A stretch of 62,489 nucleotides of DNA, taken from NCBI GenBank assembly GCA_000697335.1, contig JNEM01008377.1, positions 1 to 62,489 on the forward strand, given 5' to 3'. This DNA comes from Conidiobolus incongruus B7586 (Eukaryota). The position numbers and the translations under genes were made by a program. Below, in pieces: positions 25,570-40,461 of this stretch; positions within the stretch are counted from its first letter, which is position 1; each line of letters starts with the position of its first letter. Under the pieces are notes generated by a model. The model searched no databases and was not told where the DNA came from. It saw only the letters and a list, made by a program, of their open reading frames with translations.

Positions 25570-27891
25570 TATTTATTTTATTTTTTGTTGACAATTTTAA
25601 TTGAATAAAGAATAAAGAATAGTATAAATAAACTATTTAAATAGCATATGAAATCCTAGTTGATAAAATTTCAATTCCAAAATTGGTAATTGACGGAAAA
25701 TGACTAAAATTGTTGATAGATTTAGCACAGAAAGTTTAGAATTTTAGTTGAGAATTTTTTAATTTGTAAAGATCTTTTTTTGGATTGTTATTTTTTAAAT
25801 GGCTATAGTTTTGGGAAACTATTTAAAATCTATTGAATAATAATTTATTAATTAATCATGAGTAATATAATGATATATGAATTATAAATTAATAATGGAT
25901 TTATTAAAAGATACAGTATTATCTAATTGTTTGAAGTATCAAGTATTTTATAATAATTTGATTCTATGAAGTTTGCAAGTTTATTATAATGAATAATTTT
26001 ATGATGAATCCACAGATTATTTCCATTATTTTTAAAAAATACTTCATAGTATTCGGTTTAACAGCTCAATGAAAATCATCCATCAATTACATTAGCTATA
26101 CGACATCACAAATGGTTAAAAATGTATCACATATATAATACTTAAATCTACATTTTTTATTTTATTTTAATCTTGAATTTAAACTTATTTACAAAAATGA
26201 ATAGTTTACAAAATAAATCAAACATTGAATCCATTACTTACTAAATTTTCAAGATGTAGTAGTAAATAACATGTTAATTAGAGTTTTGATTTTACAAAAT
26301 AATCAATTACATATCAATAATCATTATATTGGAATACAATTCAATATCAAGCTATCTATTGATAGTATAGTAATATAAATAGTTAATTACAATAAAAAAT
26401 AAAGAGTTTGTTGAGATCAAAATATTCCCAAAATTTCAAATTGTAAATTCCTCCTTTTGATAAAAATGCAAATAAATGTTATGTTTACTAAATGCTCTTT
26501 ATATTTCATTGTAAGAATTTATTACTTTAAAGTAATGGGAAATCTTTTAATTTCTGATTTTTCAAACATATTATTAATTTGAAATAAATAAATATATACA
26601 AAGTTAATAGGAAATTATATATTTTTAATATATATATATAATAATTTTTTTGATTAAAATATTAATTTTTTAAAATTAGTTATTTAATTTAATTATACTT
26701 AAATTAAATAGTAATTATTAAAAGTTTTATTTTAATATTAATAAAACTTAACTATAAACCTTTTAAAATTATTTAAATTTATAAATAGTTTTTAATAATG
26801 AAATATTATTTAAATCAATAATTTATTACTAGGTAAATTATTTTAAAATTAAAAAACACAAATTAATATGTAAAATTAAATTAAATTAACCTTCTTTATA
26901 AATTCTTTTAAATAAACATTTTATTAATAAGTGAATATTAATTATTATAATAAATTATAATAGTATATACTATTTTTATTTAGTTTTTAAAGGAAATTAA
27001 TTAATAGTAAATTTTATATTGTTTTTTTAAATAAAAGTATTTTTAATTAGTGTTCTAAATATAATTTAAGAAAACTTAATATTTTGCATAATAATTATAA
27101 AATATATAAATTTAAAATTGTAAAAAATTTTCTAATTAAAAATAATTAAAAAAAACTACCACATCTAATATATTCTTTAAATTATAATTTATGTAATTAT
27201 AATTACTTTAAGTAATTAAAAAACTACCTTATAAGAAAGAAAATTTTTATAGGAAAATTTAATTAGTTTGTGAAATATTAAATTTTAATCTTTAATAAAA
27301 AAAATTATTTTTTAAGTATTAGAAATTTGTTAAAAATATAACAAAAAGTCATTAATAATAAAAAAACTATTAAATTTATATTATATATTTATTTTTATAT
27401 ATCATATATTAAAATATTTATTTATTTTTAATTACAAAAAATTCCCATTATTTAAAATACAAAACAATAATTTAAATATTATATGACCATGTTTATTTCT
27501 CAATGAAAATTTAAAATATAAATGATGATATTATGTTAGTATTTCTTATACTATCAATCTACCATAGTTTGTAAGTTAATAAGAATTGTTAAATAATATA
27601 GTATAGAAACAAAGTGAGACTATTATAATCAATGCTACTTTAATATGTTTGAACCTTGATAAGAACAAGAGTGACAGTGATTAATAAGAGTCTGTAAAGT
27701 AATATATCTATAATATGGGAGGTTAGTGCATAATATACATTAATTTTGAGATAACAAATCATTTGGAGATTGAAATATGATTTTTAATTTCTACATTCAA
27801 AATTTTAATGGAAAATATATCTTTGAATCAATTGGTATTTAAATAATTAAAAATAATTGAACTTTATAAATTGTCTAAGACTAAATGATCA

Positions 27892-29010
27892 TTATTTAGG
27901 AGCCAATTCAGTAATCAATTGATCCAAATAATCCCCAATTCGAGCAACGTGTGTTTCATCAATGAATTCACTAATTGGAGTCTCCTCCACCCAGCTATAC
28001 CCGTTACGATCCGTCAAGCTGTTGTAACGTTTGTCTATACTCAGATCAGCTACTTCGACAATATGATTCAAAGCAATGGCAGCTTGGTAACCGTTGTAGT
28101 GAATACCATCTAAATTGAATATGTATTTGGTAGCGAGCATAAAAGGTCTAGCTAGATAATAGAAGATGAAATCGCCAACTATACGTCTAGCGAGGTTACT
28201 TGGGACGGTGTTAGGATTGCCTAAATAGCTTCTGATATTCATCTTATGGTGCTGGTACCTCTGGTTCAAGTGAGCACTTGCTAAATTCACAACATATTTG
28301 GTACTTCCGTAGGGATTTTCGCCCTTAACGCATTGAATATCGTCAATATTGAAGAGTTTGGTATTACCTTCTGTAGATGTGGTCCATATGATTTTTGGAT
28401 CAGGCGCTTTGAGCATCAAGTCTTCCACCATACGACTTAGGAGATAGTGACTAAATACGTTCACCGCAAAGTAGCGATATAAATTGTCCGACGTGATCTG
28501 AGTATTGTCGTGGAGGATATATGGAGGGTTGTATAGACACCCCTTGACATCCATGAAAAAAGTATTTATGAGCCTCATGGGATCAATACCTCTGCTGAAT
28601 ATAGCACCTGCATTTAGGTAGAGATAGTCAATATGGTGAACCCTAAACACTTTTAGTAATCGATATTCAGCACGAATTCTAATTAACTTACTTTTGAATC
28701 AATTCCACTACAGCACTCTTTACCTGATCAACAGTTTCCAAATTACATATCCAAGGAATCAAAGTTACCAATTTATCTTCCAATTTGACGACATCACGAA
28801 TACCCAAATTTAATACCACCTGATCAGCGCAATACACAAATTTTTTATGACTTCGAACTCCAACGAAGATTTGGGTAGGTTCTTGAGCTTTTTCTATAAG
28901 ACGACTTATGATACCAATACCTAATACCCTGATTAATTTTGTTAGTTTAAAGATATTATGATATATCTAGGTCATTACCCACTAGATCCTGTAATCACTA
29001 TATTAATCAT
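27892..29010 (-). CDS. ERG27: 3-keto-steroid reductase-like SDR (ERG27/HSD17B7 family), tandem copy B; 2 introns
   Basis: MINIVITGSSGVLGIG, LYLNAG, FAVNVFSHYLL, PYGSTK; same intron positions as copy A. Confidence 0.8.
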
Positions 29011-29820
29011 TTTATTGTATTATAATATTATCTATTTGAATATTAATTTGAATTCAATGAAAATAGTTCAGTCATTGACAATCCTTTTTATACCTCATTC
29101 TCAACCTGATTTTTAAAATTCATTCCCATTTATCCAAATTATAATTCAGGGGATTGTCTAAATTCAGGGTTTAAGAAAATATCAATAATTCACTAATCAC
29201 TTCAAAAAGTTTTTGATTATTTTTTAATAAAAATTATAATCAAAATTACACTTATCAAAAATAGTTGTATAAAAATAGTATATTGTCCATCACACAAAGA
29301 GTATTGAGTTGAATTTAGTATTATTATTTTCTAAATATTAGTTAAAAAATATTAAGATATATTGAATATTGATATTGCAAATTATTATTTATTTAGTCAA
29401 AAAAGTGATTAACTAAAAAAATCTCTGAGATCACTATAAGTTATTTCAATTATAGTGTACATTTTAATAGCTTTAATGCTTATTAATTATTTCAAATCTA
29501 TCAAATAGTAATTAGCTATTTATTTACCAATATGCTAAAACCTGATAAAATTAGGACAATATTATAATTAATTTATTAAATGATAATATGATATAAGTTA
29601 CTATATCAAAATATCAAATATGAGTGAAATATATTAATTAAACCAAGTTTTTAAAGTTCGTATAGGTATACTTATATATTAAATTTTTCGTTTTCCATAT
29701 ATCACTTTTTTCTTTAATAATTAATCTTTAAGATAATCGATTGAACCTAATGAATTATGTTAGTAGTAAAACCAATACGAAATATCTAGAAATAACAATG
29801 TATGATCCTCCACCTATTAT

Positions 29821-30796
29821 TTATTGTGCTTTAGATTTAGAATTCAACTTATTAACAACAGTTTGAATAATTTTAAAAAACCAAAATAAATTCAAACCAG
29901 TACTCGTCAAATTTAATAGGATATAGAAATAAGTTAATACTGTGTTCAGTGGATGTTGATGAGTTAATAATGATACTAATAATACAATGTTAGTTATAAA
30001 TGAACTAATATATGAGAGATGAATTACCTATAAAACGTAATGTAAAATAAACTCCAAATAACACTCTTACTATGAAAAATATGATAATCAATAGGATTCC
30101 ATTAATTAATTGAAATTTGGAGCCATTGTAACCCAATTTGGTCTAAAATTATTAGTTAATATCAATAATAAAAGTATAATGAACGTATGGTAAGTTACTA
30201 AAAACCAATTAATATTCAAAAATGGAGTACTACATTCATATAATAATATTACAGCTCCAAAGTAATGCATAGCTGGTTTCTAATATTACTATTAGTGATC
30301 TATGATATCATTATATGAAATAAAGTTACCAAAGTGGGTACAAAAGCGAAAAAACAAACTACACCATGTAATATAAATTGGAAACCTTGACTTTCGTTAA
30401 TTATACATATCATTATATCCCAAATGAAATAACTATAGGCTATGAGTAAATATTAATGGATCACAGCATATATAATAATATTTACCCAATTACAAAACTC
30501 ATCACCCTTGAGGAATAAGTCGTCACAAAAGTAAAAGGCTCGTCGCTAAACCTAGGATCCAACAGTATAGGAATTGCTAAAGTGACTAAAGTCACCGATA
30601 CTACAAAACTAACGAAGTGTAATTGCCAATTACTCTTCTCCTTGTTGGTTAATTTTTGAAAGTGTTCAGGGAATAACTTATCAAGAACAGTTTTGGAATT
30701 ATTATAAAGTGCCGTGAAGAATATTACAGTTGCTAGGATTAGGGGTAATTCTTGAGGAAGTTGGGTTAAGCCTAGAATGTTAGACAGTTGATTCAT
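29821..30796 (-). CDS. TLC (TRAM/LAG1/CLN8) domain membrane protein, TMEM56-like; multi-exon
   Basis: Spliced translation contains W..HFVSFV, GYFIWD, FILHG, LLYECSTPFLNINWF and LNLFWFFKII...KAQ*. Confidence 0.85.
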
Positions 30797-31833
30797 TTTT
30801 AATCAGTAATTTACAAACTAAAAAATATACAAGGAAAATAATAGAATGTATGAGAAAAAAACCAAGAAAAAATAATTTAAAGATTGACACTGATCCCTGT
30901 TAAATACAATCAATTAAATCTATGATTTTTTAAAGGTTGTAATACATTCACCAAAGGATTCATCACATGGAATGAAGAGTCAGTCACAATAAGTAATTCA
31001 AAATTTAAATTTAAAGGAATTTTAGCCAATAATATGGGATTTTGAAATCATTGGGAATGAATCCAAAAATTTATTGGAAAACTGATCATTTTAGTTTCCA
31101 TATTTCTTCAATATATATGACTTTGGTTTTTGATTGTTAGTTAACTAAATATGACATATTTAGTTGATATTGTAAGGAGAATTATATCAAAATATAGCTT
31201 TCTAAATATACTGGATACAAAGTACACGTTTTGTCATTTTTTATGGTAAAAAGCAGAAATGAAAAGAATCATATAATAAAAAGGGATTAAATTTGGCTCG
31301 AATAATTTTAATATATCTTATGGTTATTATTAATTACAATATTTTATTATGTAGATTTTAAAAATGAGGGTTATATCCAAAAAAGGAAAATGGGTTAGTA
31401 ATACTATTTATATGAAACTAAAATCAAAAACGTTATTGCTACAATACATTCATATAAAAAATGTATCTACGAAAACTTGAATTTTTTAATACATCTGTGT
31501 ATTCCAATTTAGAGTTTAATTTAATATATTAGTAGATTAATAATATATCATAAAATATTAATATTTATTGAAATTTTAATTTATCAATGGTTAAAAATAA
31601 TATTAAATCAACTTTAATTAAATTTTACAATGTATATAAAAACTATAATGTTGAAATTATAAAATTCAAAATCTTAATTTTGAACTAGGATAAATTCGAC
31701 AATATATTCCCATAATTCAAAATTAGAAGTAAAACAAGAAACAAAAACATAAATAAATGTGATATGAAAAGTCCTAAAGTATAATGAAGGACATTAGAAA
31801 TTATTTTTATATTAATCCATATAAAATCAAAAA

Positions 31834-32302
31834 ATGAGCGAAGCGTTAACCACACCTCAAAGAATTGGAAAATGGCAAGAAGCTGAAAAAGTAAAGTTTA
31901 CTAATTTTATCTTGATATCCAAACTTATATTCCTAATAACTTAGAGGTTTATTGGGTTATTAAATCAAATGGACGATATTATCGAAACGATACCTAAAGA
32001 TACCAAAAATAATGCCGAAATTCAAACGAATCAGGAGGTTTTAAGAACTCAGCTAATGAATTTTTAAAGGAGTTGGAAGTAATTAGCTATATTCATTTAT
32101 ATTCAATATATATTAATTCGAATCTTAGGAAGCTCAATTATTGTTAAGTGAACAATTTAAGCATATCAGTGAATCTGGGAAAATGAATCAATCGGTGACT
32201 TTTGTCTCCAATGTTAATGATCAGATTTAGGATACTGCTAATATGTGCTATACTATGCAAAAGCTTGAAAAGCTATTGGAATTGCCTGGATATGACGAAT
32301 AA
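31834..32302 (+). pseudogene. Mediator subunit Med11-like 3-exon gene with a frameshift and an in-frame TAG
   Basis: MSEALTTPQRIGKWQEAEK|RFIGLLNQMDDIIETI...QEV/(F)KNSANEFLKELE|EAQLLLSEQFKHISE...DQI*DTANM...GYDE*. GT-AG introns at 31891-31944 and 32079-32128. The helical pattern resembles Med11 (from memory). Confidence 0.55.
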
Positions 32303-32678
32303 AATTTTTATTCTTATTATCTGCTATTGTTGATGTATTATAATATTTGTAATTAATATTTTGAATAATTTAAAATTAAATGAGTTAATTTATATTATCC
32401 CATTTATAAATGAATATGGATATATATTAATAATTAATTGTCAAAGTTTTTAGTTGAAAAATATAAAGTGATTTTGTATGGCACAGAGATTAATTTATTA
32501 TATTTTTAATTAATCAAGATACAGAAAAATAATTTTTTTACTGTAGTAGATAAATTAACGAATAGTGTAACAGGGTGTGGGATTCTAAAATGATATTGAA
32601 AAAATATATTAAATAATCAAATTATTCAATTTGATATCAATTTTTTGATGGTGGGGGCTGGGGTTTTGAGAGTGGAGG

Positions 32679-35600
32679 TTATGTTCTGGCGGATTTAGCA
32701 GATCTCATTAATTCCTAAATAAAATTTAATGTATTGTCTTAGTGGTAATTCATAAATTATGTTACCCTAAAGTATTTTCTAAATCCTTTGACATCTAAGC
32801 TTTGTAAGGCTTCGATATACTCCTGTTGGTGAGCAGGAGAGAAGTTGAAGGAAGGCAAGATAAATTGATGGAGATATTCCAAAAATCGATTACCAGATAC
32901 CTCTAAGAGAGATTTCTGGATTGCAGTACTTTCGTTGAGAACCTAAATAAAAATCAATATCTGTACATATTTAAAAATTATATAATAATTACAATCAAAG
33001 ATTGAGCATCCTCAACATCAAATTCAGCAGATAAGATAACTGAGAACATAGAAGGAATAATTGTCTTGAAGACAAATTCTGAAAATTGGTTGCGGAAGTC
33101 ATCAGTAATAGGAGGATCACGAAGCTTATCAGTTTCTCCTAACCATGTAATGATCATCTTAGAAAGGATATTGAAAGCTAATTTTTGAATCTAGAAATAT
33201 TAAGTTAATAATAGTAAAAAACTGAAAATTTACTAAACTTACAGCTGGCAATCTTATATCCTTGGTAAAATGTTCAACAGATTTTAAGATATCAGGTAAA
33301 ATTGGTTGATTAGCTACAAAGCTGTTAGAGAAGATACGAAATAAAATCTAAAATTAATCATACCTGGTGATCTCAAAATAGCTTCCATATCAGCATTGAA
33401 AATAGCAGTCAAGAAAGTGAGATAAGTTTTCTTGAGTTCAGTGAGTAAATTAGCTTCATCAGTGCCACTGGGATTAATCTCAAAAAATCCAAATGCTTTC
33501 TTGACAAGTATAGAAAGTAACTCATTCATGACAGGAGCGATTTGAATCTAAAAAATAAGTTAAAATGAGAAAATTTTATATTAAACTTGATTGGATCACC
33601 TTGAACTTGAAGGCAACAAAGCCAATGAAGGTTAAGAAGTCAGAAAATTCACCAATTTCACATGCACCAAGCAAACCGTTGATTAAATGAGTAAGATAAG
33701 GCAAAATCTCAGGACCAGCACAAGCGAGGAGACGGGAGAAGGTGTATCTAGACTAAGAAATAATTAATATATAATTATTAAGATAAGAATGAATCGCTTA
33801 CAGCATCACGAATGAGGTGAGATTGACCGGTAACTTCAAGAAGGAGCAAGATAGCTTCCACAGCTTGTTTAAAAATGGGTGTATAGGGAGCAGATGCAGA
33901 TGGGTTCTCTGGAGAGAAATCAGGGAATCCTTTTTAAAATAATTAACAAGTGTGTGTAAAGTAATTATAAATATATTTACCTTTGATGACACCGCCAATA
34001 GCCATTACGATATGATTCAATTGGAGAATAAAAAGAGGATCCTCAGGAATACCTTGCTTAGCCTGCTGAGTACCAGCTTGAATATCGCGAATCATAGGAG
34101 ATAAGATCATCTAAAAAAATTAGAGAAAAGTTTATAGCGATAGACATAATACTTACACCAAGGAAGTTGTTAGTTTGTTCAGCATTTAAATGTTCAGCAG
34201 AACTAATCAACGCGCCAACAGCCTCAAACAAGTAGAGTTGATTGTCAAATTCAGTACCAGTATTTTCATGCTGAGAAGTTGAAACTTCGCCAAAACCAGG
34301 AGGAGGTACTTCAGCACGAATGTGAAGAGCTTTTTGAAGCGATGGTACAATTTGTTCAGTGAATTTTCCAACCTCAGCTTTCAAATTTCTGACAAATTTA
34401 TAGAATAAATACCAGATGCGAGAGCGAACAGAGTTACATGGATTGTATACACCTCTAAAGAGGAATTAATATCATGCCAAAATAATTTGAAAGGATATTT
34501 ACCTTTGATCTAAGAAAGGAGTTAACACAGATAAAACCAAATCAGGTCTGATTTGCAAAAATTGGTAATAGCGAATGACATTTTCAAAGAATCCGACGTG
34601 GATAGAAGGGTGAGTATGGTTCATCACCTGACTGGTGAACATCTTCTCTACCATTACACCTAAAAGAGTCAATTGATTGCCATTGTTTTCATCAACAAAG
34701 ACTGCAGGGCGCTTATTAACTTCACGATAGCTATTGAGCAAGTACAAAGCAAGTTCGATAGGAGTCCAGTCAGAGTCAGCAGTAACAGGAGTTGAAAACA
34801 CAGAGATAACGAAGTTAGAAACATGTTGGTTGAACAAAAGCTCATTAAGAGCACCAATACTTTCGAAGAAAGTCTTCAAATGACGACGCATATCATAAAA
34901 GAGTGCTTCTTCATCTTCATCGGCATCGTCACCCCATTCAGTATCTGGGTCATATTTCATCTTAGTAATGATCACCTTTAATAAATTCTCAAGGAATTGA
35001 TTTTGTTCAGTTGTTAATGGCTGCTTCAATTTCTTTTGTTGATTTTTCAACTATTAAATAAAGATTAGATAAAGAAAAGGAATTACTTTGAATATAAAAA
35101 TTACCAAGTTGATAGATTCATTCACAAATGGATAGACACAGTTAGAGGTGTCGTCAAATTCATCTGATAAGAATTTGAGTAAATGGGGTTGAAGCTCAAC
35201 GATCATTGAGTAACAGGCTTCTTTCACTTGAGGATCGTTGGTCTAAAAAAGAGATAGTTAAATATGTAATAGTTGTGATACGATACTGTAATTACTTGAT
35301 CCCATGCAGTGTGAAGTTCAATACCAAGAGCATTAGTTAACTTAGCGACGTGCTCAACAAACTCAGGATCGTCCTAAAGCAAAGGTTACATAATATTGAA
35401 AAGAAAAAAATTAAAAATTGGTTTACATTAGGAATATTAGGAAGTAATTTTATAACACCAATCATCTGAATAAATTGAACTTGCTCAGCGGGGCGTTTAC
35501 CTTTGCTAACAATCTAAATAATTATTGGATTCAGTAAATTAATATTACATTTATAAATAAATTGGAGAATACCTTAATCAAACATTCACATGCTGCATTT

Positions 35601-36875
35601 CTCAATTGTAAAGAACTAATATTATCGCGAGAAGTTTGGAGCATTTGGAACATTAAATTAACAAATGGTTCAGTGACAACAAGATTGATATCAATCCAAT
35701 CTAGATACATGGATGAATTTATAGAAATTTTGTAATTATAATTTTATATTTTACCAGAATAAACACCCATGACTTCGAAAGCGCGAACAGCTAAATCATA
35801 GTTATGATTCTGATAAAGATAGATGATTTGGAACCAAACAGGGACTAATTGCTGAAGGTCACCTTCTCTCATTTTGTCTTTCTATAAAAAATAATTAAAT
35901 ACAACATTCTTGATGAATATTGAGGTTACTACTTACTAAGTTAGTATTCAAATTGATTTCATCTTTAGAGCGAGCAGTAGTTAAATCAACAACTTCTTGA
36001 TCAATAGCAATCATAACTCTCAAAAAGAAATAGGTCATTCTAACTGATTTAGGAGTGAGAGGATCTTGGTTGACATTGAGTAAAGTAAGCAAATCTTGGA
36101 AGAAAGAGCTCCAGTGATCCATATACAATCTTCTGAATAAATGAGCCATGACAATAGAAAATTTGGTTTCAATGACTATATAAAAATTAGTGAATAATGT
36201 GAAAATGAATATATATTCATTTGTATTACAGGATTCGTCAGGTTGATCAGAGTTAACATAGCAATTCAATAAATAATTCCATAACTGCTCTCTAATCCAC
36301 ATCAAATGCTCTACACTCATTTGAGAGAATCTAAAATTGATTAATTAATATCATCATTAAAATAAATATTCTAAATTATATACCTTTGGCTTAATTGATA
36401 CTCTAAAACTTGTAAAGCAAACTGACGAATATGAGGATTGCTATAAAAAACTATTAGTATATTTTTACTAAAAATAAAATTAAGTCATATAAAATACCGC
36501 TTGGGAATTTGAGTGAAAGCCTCGATACTCAACTGGATACCTTCATCAGATTGCTTCAACTGTTCGCAGTATTGTAGAGCCTAAAAACGACATAATTATT
36601 AAATTTCTGATTTATTATTTCGAATTAAAAAAAAATTAAAGAACTATCAAAGTTATACAAAATGTCGAAATATTCAAAATAATATTTTTATTGACTTTTG
36701 TTGCGAATATATTATTATCAAAATAGGTAGAATAAACTTATTATGATTAGAAGCATTTTTGTAATAAAATAAAATAACAATATGAATATAATAGAATAAA
36801 ATTTACCTGTTGTTGCATTTCCAAGTTGGTAGCTTGGCCGAAGGCAATATTCAGAGCATGTTCTAATTGATCCAT
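32679..36875 (-). CDS. LOS1: Exportin-T / tRNA exportin (importin-beta family); many introns
   Basis: MDQLEHALNIA...ALQYCEQLKQS, WSSFFQDLL, FFLRVMIAIDQEV, KMKYD..EWGD..DEDEEALF..MR..L, IELALYLL, FFENVIRY, FDNQLYLFEAVGALIS. Confidence 0.9.
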
Positions 36876-38382
36876 GAAGGTAATTTAAGATTTTTCAAAT
36901 TTAAAACTGTTTAATATTTCAAAAATAAAAATTTATTATTCTAATAAAAGATAAAAGTTAGTAAAATTGAACTGATCATAATATTAAGTTATATAAAATG
37001 GGTGTGTTTGAATAAGTTGAAATTGAAAGGAATTGAAAAGGATCGTAAGAAATATTAGATTATCTATCCCCACATTCTATAAATCAATTAGATCCATAAA
37101 CTTACCTTGAAATGAAGATATTCCAAGGTATTATTCAAATAATAATATTGATACGATAAAAACAATATCCTTGTTAGAAGGAGATAATTTCAAATAAATA
37201 AATGGTAAGTTGAATGAGTAGTTATTGTTAATCGTTTAATGAATCAAAAGGTATTACTTGATGATTCTAATTTTACACGTTTAAAAATTTCTAGGATAAA
37301 TTTATTATATGTGAATTTGGTAAATTAGATAATTTTGTTAACTAATCATTCGTTTCTCATCCCTCATCTTAAAAGAATTAATTTTTTATTATTATGGGAT
37401 TATTCATTCGTCATTCTTAAATCTTTATTGAATATGTAAATGATGTAATATTATAACCTTATGATATTTATTCAATTTAACAAATTAATGATTATTATTT
37501 TTTATTTAATCCATATTTAAATCAAATACCAATTCCTATTCAACATCTGTAAAAAAGATAAATTTAAAATAATACAATCAAATCAAGTATCTAGCTATTT
37601 TCCATATCAAGAAATACTGATAACATATCTAACAAATATAGATAAGACGAGGGTTTAATAGTCGTAGATTATTATATTTAATGCTAACACCATTTATATA
37701 TTTACTGTTCTTAATTAAAAAATTAAACCATTGATATATTACATATGATTAATGATGAATAAATAATTTAAATAAATTCACAATTTATCTATCTTTTTTA
37801 AATTTGTAATTTGTTCCTAAAGCAAAGTTTTAAATATCAAATAAGGATGTCATTTAATTTTTTAGTATTACTCTATATCATCATCAATATAATACTCGGC
37901 AATTTATGTAACTTTTTTCCATTAAATAGTTTAAATAGATTCAATTGTGTAAGTTGTTAAAATAATTTAGTATTCTATTATTGAATTGATAAATAAATTG
38001 AAAAATAAATTTGAATTAAATGTAAAATAATTTGAAAATAAATATGTACATTCAGTGAATATATTTAATTCATTCAAACAGTACCCAGAAAAGTAATCAA
38101 GAGCTTTTGTAAATTATTATAATCAGTTTAGTAAACAAGCATTAGAGAAAATTGGAAAATTACTCAATATTTTGTTGTTATAAATTTTGATAGAATTGAT
38201 AATATTCTGATTTGAGAGTTTACAATAATTTGTATAGAAATTAAAATATCAAAAAACGTAATTAATAGTTGGATATAAACATTTTATGGATTTATTGAAT
38301 TCATTGTTTTAATATATTGATCCTATTAATTAAATAATACTGTAGCAACTTATGCTAAAATCAAGCATAATGTTTTAATACG

Positions 38383-40461
38383 TTAGATATCGAATAAATT
38401 ATCTTCTAAGGTAGTTAAATCTGAAATGGGCCTTACTTCAGTAGGTTGAAGTTCACCCTTTGCATTAGTAACTGGCCAACTTTTAGGAGGAGGGTACTTG
38501 AAGTCAGGACCAAAGTTGAGCTTTGCCTTTGCGCCACGGTAAAGAGAAAGAGCAGGGTAATATTTGCCCAAGTGTATATCGTTGACTTGCTCTTGGAGCT
38601 TAATGCCATTGACATAATAAACAATTTGAGAATTTTTTAGAATAGGAAAATCTCGATAGGGAGCTGTGTATTGTGTAGGCTCTGAAATATATGTTAATTC
38701 AGCATTGTGTGGTAGTACCTTAAGCTCTGAGAGCGGGAAGGGGCGATAAGCAGTACCAGGTACCCATCGTCGCGCTAACAAATGACCTTTCTCCTTTTCA
38801 TTTGGAGTAGGTAGAACTATCAGCACACCCACTACATCATTTAAACCAAATCCAAGTTCCATAGGTTTTCCGATTGCGCAATGAAACAGAGTTGGAGGAT
38901 ATCCTCTCATACTGTATCCAAAGCCATCGTATCCCACAGGACATTGAAGGTCGCCAGAGATTTGAGAGTATCCAAGCCTAATCATTCCATCTCCCAAATC
39001 TCCTAGAGAAATAACCTCTATTTCATAGTACCACACACCCACTTCTATGCCGTGGCTTGCTTTGCACATGCGATAACCACCTTGATTGGAAACGGTTAAG
39101 CCATCTGGGAAGATTTTGACCTGAGGAGCGGACTGTGTGGGCTGGTCAGAGAGTTTAACTTCCTCTCCTAGGATATTGATTAAATCAGGATAAATCATGA
39201 GATTTGAGCCACCATCTTTCGATTTCGGTTTAGTGGCAGGAGCGTTGTTATGATTAGGAATTGCAGATAGAGAATCGTGATCTACTTCTTCCTCTTCAAA
39301 AATACTGTCATTATCAGAGTCTTGAGAAATTGTGTCTTCTACTCTTTTACGTTTTCGTGAATAATCCAAAATTCTGCCACCCATAGACAATTTCAACTCT
39401 GGAAGTCTTCCAATCTTGGGTAATTCATTATTATCATATTCTGATGGTCTTTTCTCAGGATCAACTAGAGTAAAAATATCTGAAAATATATTAACTTGAT
39501 AATTCACAATCAAAAATCCAATTATAATAATTACCATCTTTAATATTTAGAAATCTGTCAGAATTTTCTTTTAATTTTTTAAAAACTAAATCCTCCCATT
39601 TTCCACAGTTATTGATATCTTTTACCCAAAAATAAGTCCATCTGAGTCTGATAAATTTTACGACATCATAATACCAGTGGAATTGGTAGGAATTTTTGGG
39701 ATGGGCTAATTTATTAAGGTGGTAGAGGTTGAATAGTGATAAATGTATTACATCAAGCCTAATTATTATATATCAGTATATTAGGTATTATAATTTGAAT
39801 TCATTAATAATTACCAGCTTAAATTTAATCTAAATAATGTATCTTTATCACCTTCGCTATTACATTCCATACACTTATATAAGAATAAATCGTCGCCCAT
39901 CAATGTCCTTTTAAAAAATAATCTACAGTAAGGTATACAGTCAATGTGAAATCTGTTACTACACGTTTCACATGGTATCAATGGTTTCAAGTATTGAGGA
40001 CTTTGGTCCAAGTTCATAGTGTAGCAAGTATGACATGAAAATGGTGTATATGCTGATGGGGACGGAACTTGATCATAAGCGTTGTAAGAATCGGATATAG
40101 ATGCATTAGAAGGGGAAGGTTGTAAGTAGTCGTTATCATTATCTAGTTGGTCTTGGTATCCGTTAGGCTCTATGGGATCGCTTGTTCGGTGCATGTATTG
40201 GTCATCGGAAAGTACTAGCGATGAAAATAATTAATTTCAACAAAGTTTAAAAATTTGAAGTTTTTTACCCGTCATACTACCTAATTCCGTATTAGGATCT
40301 GTGTCAGTACCTTCAGGATCTATCAAAACTGCAGGAATATCATCATGGGAGAGGACAGGCTCTGATGACATTAAGTGAGGGTCAGTATTATTAAGTTCAC
40401 TGGATTGCTCCTGCTTTGAACGATTTACATTGCTTTGACTGAGTAGACTATTAATATCCAT
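38383..40461 (-). CDS. ASH2: COMPASS/Set1C subunit Ash2/Bre2 (PHD-like + winged helix + SPRY); 3 introns
   Basis: CETCSNRFHIDC...GDDLFLYKCMEC, W|LDVIHLSLFNL, and SPRY motifs GYRMCKASHG, WYYEIEV, RLGYSQ, PVGYDGFGYS, YYPALSLY, NFGPDFKYPP. Exons join in frame. Confidence 0.92.
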
